Shown in pieces: positions 32,054-41,127 of a stretch of DNA of 64,000 bases; the stretch's first letter is position 1, and the number at the start of each line of letters is the position of its first letter. Origin of the DNA: an uncultured virus (IMG/VR IMGVR_UViG_3300044646_001664) (lineage: Duplodnaviria; Heunggongvirae; Uroviricota; Caudoviricetes). The notes under the pieces are model-generated. The model was not told the origin of the DNA. It saw nothing but the letters and a program-made list of their open reading frames with translations, and ran no database searches. The stretch is taken from IMG/VR virus record IMGVR_UViG_3300044646_001664. One strand, given 5' to 3'. The position numbers were made by a program, and so were the translations under genes.

Positions 32054-32574
32054 TATTTATATTCCATAAACAAATTAATGGCATATCTAGTTCCTGAAAT
32101 AACACTATGTGCTACGTGTGCATATGGGTAGTTAGAAGGAAATAAAACCATTGAATTTTTTATTGGTTTTTCTTTAATTCCAAAATTAACAAACTCTATT
32201 TCTCCGCCCTCATAACTATCGTTTAAATAAATAACACAACTTGTTACCCTATTTGATACATGTTTAGATCCATCATCATAATGCATAACATATTTTTGAT
32301 TAGGCTCATACTTTAATGCCTCTATTGTAAAGTATGTTAATTCTGGTAAATAATACATATTCCTATATTGTCCTAAAAATTTATCTATTCCGCTTTGTAC
32401 AATATTAAAAATTTTTTCATACTTTTCTTTATCGTTAAAATATATAACAGAGTTAGACCTATCTTCTACTTTAACATTTTCTGGCTTAGACCATTCATAC
32501 TTATTTATTTCTTCTATTAGCATTTCTGGATTTTCTAAAACATCATAATAAAATTCTATACCATTTTTAGACAT
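32053..32574 (-). CDS. 2OG-Fe(II) oxygenase, prolyl-4-hydroxylase-like
   Basis: HYD...YLNDSYEGGE...FPSNYPYAH.......GTRY; likely start MSKNG. Confidence 0.9.
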   Translation of the reverse strand: MSKNGIEFYYDVLENPEMLIEEINKYEWSKPENVKVEDRSNSVIYFNDKEKYEKIFNIVQSGIDKFLGQYRNMYYLPELTYFTIEALKYEPNQKYVMHYDDGSKHVSNRVTSCVIYLNDSYEGGEIEFVNFGIKEKPIKNSMVLFPSNYPYAHVAHSVISGTRYAINLFMEYK

Positions 32575-33283
32575 TGCTATGCCTTTCGTCTTTTGTATAA
32601 AGTTTAATTTTTTTAACTTCATGTTCTCCAATTTTATTACCATATTGATCGGTGGCACTTCTATAAAAATCAGACCATTTTGGAATTTTATTGTTTTCTA
32701 AAATAACATTTCCATAATTTGTTAAATTTTTGTGATATTCATTTATATCGTATGGATTGTTATTTAAAGTCATTGTAGATTCATTTAAGTTAAAAAGAGA
32801 TATTGGCATTACTGCCATAAAAGGTTCGTTTGCCTTAAAGGTTATTGAAACATTTGGCTTTGTAATTTTCCAAGAAACTGGTATTGGAGAATTCCAAAAA
32901 CTTGTACTAATAATATTAGTTAGTGGCGATGCTCCGTCAATAACTAGGTTTGGTGGTCCAAAAAACAAAAGACTAACATTTGGATCTGTTTTAAAAAACC
33001 ACCCAATATTAAAAATTAAGGTTGCAGTTCCTCTATTTGTATCAACAAACTCTTGTCCCTCTAAAACCTTTATATGATTTCCTTCTTCTGTGTCGTTTCC
33101 ATCCCATATTACGGTTATATCTTTTGGAAATGAGAATCCCCAACCCATTTGATTGGTTAGGGATAATGGAAAACAGCGATATGCATGACCATCAAATGTT
33201 TTATCCATCCACTCTCTTTTTACTGGAAGTTGCTCTATCTTTGCTGCTCCCTGAAAAATTTCGTATGCTTCAATATTATACAT
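32567..33283 (-). CDS. DUF6065-like protein
   Basis: REWMD.T...HAYRCFPL...N..GW motif. Confidence 0.65.
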   Translation of the reverse strand: MYNIEAYEIFQGAAKIEQLPVKREWMDKTFDGHAYRCFPLSLTNQMGWGFSFPKDITVIWDGNDTEEGNHIKVLEGQEFVDTNRGTATLIFNIGWFFKTDPNVSLLFFGPPNLVIDGASPLTNIISTSFWNSPIPVSWKITKPNVSITFKANEPFMAVMPISLFNLNESTMTLNNNPYDINEYHKNLTNYGNVILENNKIPKWSDFYRSATDQYGNKIGEHEVKKIKLYTKDERHSNV

Positions 33284-33949
33284 TTATGCTGTTGTTCTAT
33301 TTTTTAAAATTTCATTTGCTCCGTGTGCTCGATCATTATAATCAAACATTGTCACTGCTGAATATTTTAATCCTTCTTCTACTGGAAGCGCTGCATGTGA
33401 ATAAATAAAGGTAGATGGAAACAAAACAATATCTCCTTCTTCTGGTTGATAAGTATAATTTAGGTATGGGAAAAATAATCCACCACCAACAAAGTTATCA
33501 TTTAAATACATGACTGTTGAAACTGTACAAATATAACTAAAACCATGATCTGAGTGAACTCCAAAATGGTGCCCTGGTCCATACTTTACAAAATTAACTG
33601 CTTCTTGATATCTCATTTGAATGTTATACATAGAACAATAATGGCTTAAGCATGATTGCAACCTAACATCGATATCTTCATAAATATTTTTTAAATCTGA
33701 ATTGGCTACAGATGGATTATTGGTTATATCATATTTTCTAACTTTAAAGTCTACACAATCTCGGTAATCTTTCATTGTTTGATAGTCGCCTACTTGTGCT
33801 TCAGACCACTTAAAAAATGTATCTTTATCTTTATTATTATCGATTACACTTTCTAATCTTTCTACCAAGTTTAATGATTTATTTAAACTATTTTTGTAAA
33901 TAAAAACACCATTTGCTGGATTTAAAATTTCAATATTTGTTGCTTCCAT
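33284..33949 (-). CDS. 2OG-Fe(II) oxygenase, prolyl-4-hydroxylase-like
   Basis: HSD...YLND...GG.L.F...FPS.FIYSH...PV..G.KY. Confidence 0.9.
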   Translation of the reverse strand: MEATNIEILNPANGVFIYKNSLNKSLNLVERLESVIDNNKDKDTFFKWSEAQVGDYQTMKDYRDCVDFKVRKYDITNNPSVANSDLKNIYEDIDVRLQSCLSHYCSMYNIQMRYQEAVNFVKYGPGHHFGVHSDHGFSYICTVSTVMYLNDNFVGGGLFFPYLNYTYQPEEGDIVLFPSTFIYSHAALPVEEGLKYSAVTMFDYNDRAHGANEILKNRTTA

Positions 33950-34021
33950 AGCAGACCCCTTTTCGTTATTTTAATTATACACCATATAGAGTTTTATACG
34001 CTACTATGGTAAAATATATAG

Positions 34022-34618
34022 ATGATCAATAAAAAATCTATAATCCCGTCTGGATATTATGGCAACTCTAAAGAAAATATAGTAATTATTAATAATTTTA
34101 TATCTCATGATGATATAAAAAAAATAAAAATATTTTGCTCAGAATTAAATACCTTTATGTCTATTCCTGGAGACAATTGGGATAATCGTGTTTGCAATAA
34201 CTCAATCCTTAAAGAAATTGCTCCTGATATTGAACAAATATTATCTACTTATCAAAAAAAACATAAAAAAATTATAGAAGATTTTTTTAGTATTGAATTA
34301 AAAGATAATGTGCCAAGCGTTGTTATATGGAGACAGGGTGATCTTCAACCACCACATGCAGATAAAGAAAATCTTGATGGAAGCCCAAACCTATATCCTG
34401 AAAACGACATTGCTTCCTTGTTCTATCTTAATAATGAGTATATTGGCGGAGAAATTTATTTTCCAACACAAGGATTACAATTTAAATTAAATGCTGGAGA
34501 TGCGGTATTTTTTCCAGGAGATGTTAACTATCAACATGGTGTTACTGAGGTAACTGAAGGAAAAAGATTTACCTGTCCAGCATTTTGGAATGTTATAAAA
34601 AATAATAAAAATATTTAA
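34022..34618 (+). CDS. 2OG-Fe(II) oxygenase, prolyl-4-hydroxylase-like
   Basis: HAD...YLN..Y.GGEIYF...HGV.EV..G.RF. Confidence 0.9.
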   Translation: MINKKSIIPSGYYGNSKENIVIINNFISHDDIKKIKIFCSELNTFMSIPGDNWDNRVCNNSILKEIAPDIEQILSTYQKKHKKIIEDFFSIELKDNVPSVVIWRQGDLQPPHADKENLDGSPNLYPENDIASLFYLNNEYIGGEIYFPTQGLQFKLNAGDAVFFPGDVNYQHGVTEVTEGKRFTCPAFWNVIKNNKNI

Positions 34619-34630
34619 TATTTTATTAAA

Positions 34631-34864
34631 TTATTCTGGTAGTGTAAAAGTATCTGTTTCTGAATTATAAATAACTCCTGCTTGAACAATTCCACCTTCT
34701 ATAGCAGTTTGACCAGTAACATCTTTAATTATAGGATTACTCATCATCATTGCATAAAATTTTTCACTTGCTGTAATTACCTGAACAACCTCATTGTCAA
34801 TTATTAAAGCAATATAAAACAAGTTATCTGGCAATGCTGGAACTTCACTATCTTCTATAGCCAT
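34631..34864 (-). CDS. Small fibre-associated hypothetical protein
   Basis: A.IIDNEVV...G..Y....DTF..P pattern, common next to phage fibre genes. Confidence 0.4.
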   Translation of the reverse strand: MAIEDSEVPALPDNLFYIALIIDNEVVQVITASEKFYAMMMSNPIIKDVTGQTAIEGGIVQAGVIYNSETDTFTLPE

Positions 34865-34913
34865 TTTTTCTCTTTTCTGTTATATTAATTATAGCACTTA
34901 TGACGCAAAGGCT

Positions 34914-35147
34914 TTACCATTTTCCAATCGGACATTTTGAAGCCTCTAGTCTTGTTTTTATTTCCATAAAACAGCCACATTTTTTACATGTTTTTGTTAA
35001 TTGTATTAATTCTGGGCAAGATATGCATATGTCTAACCTTTTATTTTTAATTTCAATATCAACCGACTTTGTATTTGGATTTAACAAGTCAAAAGGCGTA
35101 GTTCCATATTTTTCTTTATATTGTTGCCATTTATTTTTTTCTGACAT
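34914..35147 (-). CDS. Cys-rich DUF6171-like protein
   Basis: RL.IC..C.......C..CGCFM..K.......CP..KW. Confidence 0.7.
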   Translation of the reverse strand: MSEKNKWQQYKEKYGTTPFDLLNPNTKSVDIEIKNKRLDICISCPELIQLTKTCKKCGCFMEIKTRLEASKCPIGKW

Positions 35148-35165
35148 TTTTCCCCCTTTATTTTA

Positions 35166-35765
35166 TTACAAACAGAATAGGAACGTTGTACTTGTACAGA
35201 CACATTGATAATCAGATGAACCGCTAGTGTATACTCCGTCAAAGTAACAATTTCCAAATACATTCAAGCATCCGCCTCCAGCAATAGCACATGGTTGTGG
35301 AGAAGGTGGTGGGAATGGTGGTGGGAATGGTGGTGGGAATGGTGGTGGGAATGGAGGTGGGAATGGAGGTGGGAATGGAGGTGGTGCTGGGAATGGCGGT
35401 GGGAATGGTGGTGGGAATGAAGGTCCAAATGATGGTGGGAATGAAGGTGCTGGTGCTGCTGGTGTAACTGAACTAGTAGGTGATGAAAAATCAGAGTCTA
35501 AAATAGTATTATTTAACTTTACTGTAAATGTATATGCAGTTCCATTTGATAATCCAGTTACTACTATTGGTGAACTAGATCCAGTTTGTGAAATTGAACT
35601 AGGTGATGAAACAACTGTATAAGTTAAAGAAGAATCTGGTTTACCTAAATATGTTGGTACTGTAAATGTTACAGACGCTTGACCGTTACCAGCGGTTGCA
35701 GTTCCAATTGTTGGTGTTCCTGGTGTACGACCAGCAGAAGATAATACGGGTCCTAGTCTTGACAT
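35166..35765 (-). CDS. FN3-domain protein with polyproline (FPPP)n stalk and Cys-rich C-terminus
   Basis: P..PTIGTAT.G..ASV.FT and GLSNGTAYTFTV FN3 motifs; start MSRLGP at 35765 by TAATG overlap. Confidence 0.75.
   Translation of the reverse strand: MSRLGPVLSSAGRTPGTPTIGTATAGNGQASVTFTVPTYLGKPDSSLTYTVVSSPSSISQTGSSSPIVVTGLSNGTAYTFTVKLNNTILDSDFSSPTSSVTPAAPAPSFPPSFGPSFPPPFPPPFPAPPPFPPPFPPPFPPPFPPPFPPPFPPPSPQPCAIAGGGCLNVFGNCYFDGVYTSGSSDYQCVCTSTTFLFCL
35305..35450. repeat. 12-bp coding tandem repeat GG(T/A)GGTGGGAAT encoding FPPP units
   Basis: About a dozen perfect or degenerate units read directly. Confidence 0.9.
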
Positions 35766-36493
35766 TATGCAACTAAGTCTCCAAGAACAACCCAAGAGTC
35801 AGTAGCACGTTTAATACATACGGCAGATGACCATTGTGCTCTTAATTTTAATCCTGGAGTTCCGTCTACAGTTGTAGTTCCTGGAGTAGTTGCTGCAATA
35901 GTTACCTGTCCCGTGCCTGTTTGTAAAATTGTAATTTGTGCACCTGTTGCAAATGCTTGGTTGGCGTTTGTTGGAATTGACAAGGTAACTGCAGAAGCAC
36001 TTGACACCTCAACCATTTTTCCATTATCGGCAAGAACAAGTTCATAAGCAACTGTTTGTGGGTTAATTGAAAGATTTATAACTGGAGCAGTTAAAGTTTT
36101 ATTGGTTAGTGTTGCGCTATTAGTAAGTGTAACATCTGGTGTTGTCCAGGCTAGTCCTGATGCCGTTGCAGAGTTGGCTGTTAAAACGGTTCCATTACTT
36201 CCAACAGATAAAATAGATAATGTGTCATTTGCTGAAGCAGAAAGTAGGTCACCTTTTGCTGCAAAATCTGTTTTTAATAGTGCAGTTGAAAGATCAATTG
36301 CAGTTATTTGAGTTTGTAAACTATTAAGTGTATAAGCAATAGATGGACTTACAAGGTTTGCTGCATTAGAGTTTGCCGAATTATAATTTTCGTCTCCATA
36401 GTGATATAAACGAAATGCTGCCTGTATGTCGGCAGGATCTGATAATCCTGGAATTTTAGTTGGTATTAACGTACCTATTGATTCTGCTGCCAT
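35765..36493 (-). CDS. Short fibre/appendage protein
   Basis: AKGDLL..., TLTNKTLT; C-terminal domain homologous to that of 24127..26379. Confidence 0.7.
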   Translation of the reverse strand: MAAESIGTLIPTKIPGLSDPADIQAAFRLYHYGDENYNSANSNAANLVSPSIAYTLNSLQTQITAIDLSTALLKTDFAAKGDLLSASANDTLSILSVGSNGTVLTANSATASGLAWTTPDVTLTNSATLTNKTLTAPVINLSINPQTVAYELVLADNGKMVEVSSASAVTLSIPTNANQAFATGAQITILQTGTGQVTIAATTPGTTTVDGTPGLKLRAQWSSAVCIKRATDSWVVLGDLVA

Positions 36494-36530
36494 ATATCAC
36501 CTCATTAGAATTATATCATAAAGATATAGA

Positions 36531-37121
36531 CTAAGACTCCTCATCTTCTAAAATTGTTATAAATAAATGTGTTGTTACTTGCCCCTCTAAAACCGCCCAA
36601 TCTCCATATGGGCCAGAATCTACATCTGTTCTATGCTCAACTGCTTTAAAGTTTATAACTAAATTTTGATTGTTTCCAGCAAGAGCGGGTATGCTCATAG
36701 AGGCTGCAATTGGATTATCATTTACAATACTAAATTGAACACTAAAGTTACTAGAAGTTAGTGATGTTAAAGAGGTAATATTTGAAATAGGAATCACAAT
36801 TTGTGCAATTCCATTGGTGTAGGTTGTTGTGTGATTAACTGAATAAATTGTTGGATTTAACTCTAGCACCTCAATCCAGGTATTTGCTCCAGGTTGAGAT
36901 ACGTATTGATATAGATATCCATAATCTGTACCTGGAGAGGTATTAATATATAGATCATTAAGAAGTGGGGTTTGACCAACTCCCTCTGTATTTGGATTTC
37001 CTGCGCCAACAAAAACTTGACTTCCACGAGTTCCTGTTGGTCCAATATCTACTAAAAGTTCTACAACTTCTGGGGGACCAAGAACTGTAATGTCATCGTT
37101 GTCTAATAAAACATCAGGCAT
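36531..37121 (-). CDS. Virion structural protein
   Basis: GP.G.RGS..F.G.G.P, DLYINT motifs typical of fibre proteins. Confidence 0.45.
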   Translation of the reverse strand: MPDVLLDNDDITVLGPPEVVELLVDIGPTGTRGSQVFVGAGNPNTEGVGQTPLLNDLYINTSPGTDYGYLYQYVSQPGANTWIEVLELNPTIYSVNHTTTYTNGIAQIVIPISNITSLTSLTSSNFSVQFSIVNDNPIAASMSIPALAGNNQNLVINFKAVEHRTDVDSGPYGDWAVLEGQVTTHLFITILEDEES

Positions 37122-37462
37122 TATACTGCACCTGTTACGTCATCTACTACTGATACTTCTCCTGTAAGAAGTGTATAAATTTGTGTTCCGTCTGTAATCT
37201 GAACATCATAAACATAAGTAGCAGCAGCAAGAGTTCTACCAACTGCTGGTGTTATTGTACATGTAACAATATCTGTTGTTGCATTCACTACTGCAGAGGC
37301 AACGGTCTGTACTCCAGCAGAACCTCTTACGGTTGAAATTGTAAAAGCAGCGCTATAACCTGCTAAATCAAAAGTCCCGCCATTTGCTGTCTTTGGACGA
37401 ATTACAAATTGAGATGTGTCACCACGGTAATACAAAAAGTTATAAAATCCTGGAAATGCCAT
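37121..37462 (-). CDS. Ig-like virion protein (baseplate-upper-like)
   Basis: RGDT, DL.GY, YVYDVQ, TLLTG.V.V..DVT. Confidence 0.5.
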   Translation of the reverse strand: MAFPGFYNFLYYRGDTSQFVIRPKTANGGTFDLAGYSAAFTISTVRGSAGVQTVASAVVNATTDIVTCTITPAVGRTLAAATYVYDVQITDGTQIYTLLTGEVSVVDDVTGAV

Positions 37463-37594
37463 TATTCCTCCTAACTTATTATACCATTAAGAATTAACTC
37501 TGGTAGAATTATTTTTTTACTTTAAATACTTTTTTACCAATTTTAATAATTGGTGGAAGATTATCCTTTTTCGCTGATATTTTTACTATTGGCA

Positions 37595-37996
37595 TTATAG
37601 ACCTGGAGTTACATCACCTAGCACGCATATGGTTCCAATTACTGGAGTCCATACTGTGTCTGCGTTTGCACCGCTACCGCCTTCAATTATTACTTGTAAA
37701 TCAAACTGTAGTTCGGCAACAATTGAGCGGTATTTAGTACCACCCCAATTTTCAGTAATGTTTGCTGGAGCAAAAATTTCAACATACCCATTACCATCGG
37801 TAGTAATAAGTTCATCTAAAACATCTCCATTGGAATCATAAGATGTAGCGCTATATGTCCAGTCTGAGGTGTCGTATGGTGTGGTTTCGTCATCTTCAAA
37901 AAACTCTACCTTTAGGGTTGCACTATCTCCACGGACTACTGTCCACTGTATGTTGGCTGGTGTTGCGCCATATTTTTCAATTGTAGATACGCACAT
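37595..37996 (-). CDS. Ig-like virion protein (baseplate-upper-like)
   Basis: RGDS, FDLQ, T...GTI.V..DVT. Confidence 0.5.
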   Translation of the reverse strand: MCVSTIEKYGATPANIQWTVVRGDSATLKVEFFEDDETTPYDTSDWTYSATSYDSNGDVLDELITTDGNGYVEIFAPANITENWGGTKYRSIVAELQFDLQVIIEGGSGANADTVWTPVIGTICVLGDVTPGL

Positions 37997-38268
37997 AATA
38001 TTTGATTATACCATAAAATATGCTAACCCCTAGGCGCAGTGGGGGGGGTGGGGGCAACCTAGGGGCAGCACTAAAATTATAACATTATATATTAATAGAC
38101 ATTATATTTGTAACAAAACGTTATAAACCAGATATATAAAAATTGTTATTGAACCGTTATAAAGGTTTGGCATAAAGTTCGAAAAATCCAGGAGTTATGG
38201 TGTATACTTAAAATATATAAAGAAAAGAATATACTGTAAATAGGTTTTTAAGATATCTTTATATATAG

Positions 38269-38493
38269 TTACTTAGAATGATCTTTTAAATGTTCGATCA
38301 TTAAGTCAAAAATTTTTTCAGTCTTCTCTTCTAATCTTGTAATTTGGTCCTTCATCGAGGATCCATTATTGGGCTTCATTTCGTAAACAATATCTTCTAC
38401 GTATTTTTTAACAATCCATCTTACGCCCATTCCAACAATTGCAAGTATGGACAATAAAGTTAAAATCATTCCTGCCCAGTCTTGAGTTGTCAT
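38269..38493 (-). CDS. Small membrane protein (possible holin/lysis-associated)
   Basis: N-terminal TM helix followed by PN.GSSMKD...RLE coiled coil, a pattern seen in actinophages. Confidence 0.5.
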   Translation of the reverse strand: MTTQDWAGMILTLLSILAIVGMGVRWIVKKYVEDIVYEMKPNNGSSMKDQITRLEEKTEKIFDLMIEHLKDHSK

Positions 38494-39406
38494 GAATCCA
38501 ATTATAACATTATTTATTTTAAATTTCGGCGGGAATTAACGAAGCCGAAAAATAGAGATAACAAACCTTCCACCACCTAATATGTATGACACATACACTA
38601 TGGTGTAATATATGTCAAACCTTCTATGCGGCTATATGCTCTATATGAGGTTTGTTATTTAAAGTGTTTATTGACCAGAGAAACGATAATTGTTATACCT
38701 GCCAAAATTGCAAGAATTAACAAACCTCTATCTGAGTGATCATAACTTCCGCTACAACCAACCCATTCTTGATCTACGTAGCAGTCTTTAAACATACCTG
38801 CATATTGATTATTCTTCAAATGAGGTTTGAGATTCCAGGAGATTATTAACTACCGTGGTTTTGCAAGAACAATGATTACAAACCTCTTCTTCAAAAACTT
38901 TTAATGCCAAACCATTGTTTATAACTTTTTCGTTATTAGAGTGTGGGTCATAGCCTTTAGGGGTTTGTCTACTCCAGGATTCTGGATATGAAGGATTATC
39001 TATGTTATCTAGTATAGCCATGTGATTATTATATACTATATTGACCACCAGGTATTGGTGTTGTAGAAATACCCGACTTTTTCCTTGTACTCGAAATATT
39101 TTTTATTTACCTGGTTCCAGTCAGGATCGTTAGTTGACAAACCACAATATCCGCATAGCCCAGAACCTGTGTATCTATATACGTGTTGGCACATATATTG
39201 ATTATACCCTATACCCTGGAAATCTGAAAAAATTTTCATTTTGACAAAATCTGAATATTTTTATCAGATGTACGATACATGTTTAAAAAAAATAAAATAT
39301 AAAAAATTAGTGAGCACACTACTCTGGGTAGTGCGCCCTATCATAGTCTGCAAGGCTGCCACCATTGTCTAGGTGCGCCTTGCGTCTTAGTTGTTCAGCA
39401 GAATAC

Positions 39407-39592
39407 TCAGACACTTTTGCGTCCTTGTATCCAACCTGAATGAATACCAACTAGCGGTGCGTCAATGTTTACTGCTGTGCCAATTGGTAATGCGTTAGAG
39501 TATTGATCAATAAACTCTAGTATTTTTTCTTTGCTTGTAAATGGCATGTCTGCCACCGAGCCGTTAACTGTTGTTAGTTTTACTGGTATCAC
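39407..39592 (-). CDS. Small early protein, paralog of 41806..41991
   Basis: VKL.T.NG.V...FI..Y.N.LP.G..V.I shared. Confidence 0.6.
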   Translation of the reverse strand: MIPVKLTTVNGSVADMPFTSKEKILEFIDQYSNALPIGTAVNIDAPLVGIHSGWIQGRKSV

Positions 39593-39726
39593 TTGTCTCT
39601 CCTAATCAATTTAATTGAATAAATGAACGCAATAGTGCCAACCAACAACCATGTTGGTATCTCTACTGCTAAGGCAATGCTCTCGGCATATAAACCAAAA
39701 CCATCTAAGTCTAAAAATAGTTCCAT
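39589..39726 (-). CDS. Small membrane peptide (45 aa)
   Basis: GAGGAGG RBS; hydrophobic C-terminal half; coupled to its neighbour. Confidence 0.45.
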   Translation of the reverse strand: MELFLDLDGFGLYAESIALAVEIPTWLLVGTIAFIYSIKLIRRDK

Positions 39727-39728
39727 AA

Positions 39729-39884
39729 CTACTTAACCTCCTCATCTAAATTGTATTGAGCAGATAGATAAGCGTTAGCCTGACTTAGTGCGTCAAGCAA
39801 GGACTTATCCTCTCTATCATAGCGAGCCTGTTGGGCTTTTCTAATATCCGCAATAAGGTTATTGTTAGGGTTATTCTTTATCAT
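39729..39884 (-). CDS. Small early protein (51 aa)
   Basis: GAAAGGA RBS; first gene after the leftward promoter. Confidence 0.5.
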   Translation of the reverse strand: MIKNNPNNNLIADIRKAQQARYDREDKSLLDALSQANAYLSAQYNLDEEVK

Positions 39885-39926
39885 TTTAGTTTATCCTTTC
39901 GTTAGATAACTTTCTTTATACCTGCA

Positions 39927-39948
39927 ATTCTAGCAGGGGGGTCTGACA
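39927..39948 (-). promoter_or_regulatory. RecA-NDp/PafBC-type promoter
   Basis: TGTCAG-ACCCCCCTGC-TAGAAT. Confidence 0.7.
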
Positions 39949-39976
39949 ATTTAGGGGGGTTATTTGCTAGGCTCAC

Positions 39977-39992
39977 TGTGATTTGTCTCACA
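39977..39992. promoter_or_regulatory. CRP/GlxR-type site, perfect consensus
   Basis: TGTGA-TTTGTC-TCACA. Confidence 0.75.
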
Positions 39993-40048
39993 TTTACTTG
40001 CTAGGCTCACGCCCCTAAATAATTCTATATTTAATTTTCTATAATGGA

Positions 40049-40077
40049 ATTATAGCAGGGATAAGCCCAAAAGTCAA
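40049..40077 (-). promoter_or_regulatory. Housekeeping-sigma promoter, leftward
   Basis: TTGACT-N17-TATAAT with extended TG. Confidence 0.75.
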
Positions 40078-40181
40078 CACGACACGCCGTTAATAACACG
40101 CATGTAATTAGTGATATGCACCACACGACATATCGGACATATCGGACATGCAGCCCGGCTCGGTCGGGTGTGTCTGAGAGG

Positions 40182-40247
40182 GTTATCCACATGACGTAGA
40201 TCACATACCTATTTCACGCTCAAGTTATCCACATGACCTACATCACA
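40182..40247 (+). promoter_or_regulatory. Two DnaA boxes, each fused to a CRP-like site (24-bp direct repeat, 42-bp period)
   Basis: GTTATCCACATGACGTAGATCACA and GTTATCCACATGACCTACATCACA. Confidence 0.7.
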
Positions 40248-40287
40248 AGACACAATGTCCGTTTTGTACTACTTACTGGTGAGTAAA

Positions 40288-40309
40288 TGTCAGTGGTCGC
40301 TGTTATACT
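40288..40309 (+). promoter_or_regulatory. RecA-NDp/PafBC-type promoter
   Basis: TGTCAGTG-GTCGCTGT-TATACT. Confidence 0.75.
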
Positions 40310-40357
40310 TCTAGTATAAAGAAAGTTAAATAAAGGTTATTTAACAGAAAGGACAAA

Positions 40358-40465
40358 ATGAAAGATTTTGTTAAAAAGTTAGAATTAGAAAACTATCTTG
40401 ATGAAAGTCAAGATGAGTTAAGTCTAAGACTAGATGAGTTAATCGCTCTTGGTTCATATAACTAA
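40358..40465 (+). CDS. Acidic micro-protein (35 aa)
   Basis: GAAAGGA RBS, MKDFVKKLELENYLDESQDEL... Confidence 0.5.
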   Translation: MKDFVKKLELENYLDESQDELSLRLDELIALGSYN

Positions 40466-40569
40466 ATATAAAAAAAATCCTAGTGAGCCTTACTAAAAAA
40501 GTAAGCAAATAATCTAGGTCAAGGAAAAAGATAAACACAAGGTTTATCGCTTAAAGAAAGGAATTCAAA

Positions 40570-40743
40570 ATGAATTCACTAAAAAATAAAGTGTGTAAGC
40601 ATACACCTAATAAAAATGCTATCTCTATCCATCAGGATATGAAATATACTTTCTGTGAGAATTGCGAAAGCAATATCTACTCTCACTATATTGAGGACAA
40701 TGACTTAATGTCTTATTGGTCTTCATGGAAGGTAGGTAAATAA
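40570..40743 (+). CDS. Small putative Zn-binding protein (57 aa)
   Basis: GAAAGGA RBS; CxH...CxxC. Confidence 0.5.
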   Translation: MNSLKNKVCKHTPNKNAISIHQDMKYTFCENCESNIYSHYIEDNDLMSYWSSWKVGK

Positions 40744-40848
40744 ATGTTTTCTACAATAAAACTAAATTGTCGCATATGTGATGAACCTATTTATAGCGTT
40801 CATTTTGATACGCAAGACATAATCACTTGCTCAAATTGTTGGGAGTAA
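40744..40848 (+). CDS. Zn-ribbon micro-protein (34 aa)
   Basis: CRIC...CSNC. Confidence 0.45.
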   Translation: MFSTIKLNCRICDEPIYSVHFDTQDIITCSNCWE

Positions 40849-40849
40849 A

Positions 40850-40972
40850 ATGCTTAACGAAATAAAAAATAAAATAATTCGTATTCAAGAATTGCGCCGT
40901 AGTAATGCGGCAACACCAATTCCAAATAAAAAAAAATATAGTAGAAAGGTAAAACATAAAAATGCAAAATGA
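40850..40972 (+). CDS. Basic micro-protein (40 aa) with KKKYSRKVKHK motif
   Basis: GGAG RBS; translated by hand. Confidence 0.5.
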   Translation: MLNEIKNKIIRIQELRRSNAATPIPNKKKYSRKVKHKNAK

Positions 40973-41127
40973 AAATATAACTAAGCAATTTGAAAACGCA
41001 GTTGAATTAACTAATTTAACCGAAGCGCAATTAGAAATTGTTAAACAAATTTTATTAGATAAATTTAACTAATAAAAAATTTTTGCAGAAATAAAAACTC
41101 TGCAAAAAACCCGGCTCCCCTGGCGTG

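Noticed and set aside
38095..38185. GTTAT direct repeats as MtrA/PhoP-type boxes
   Set aside because: Too short and AT-rich to distinguish from background by eye
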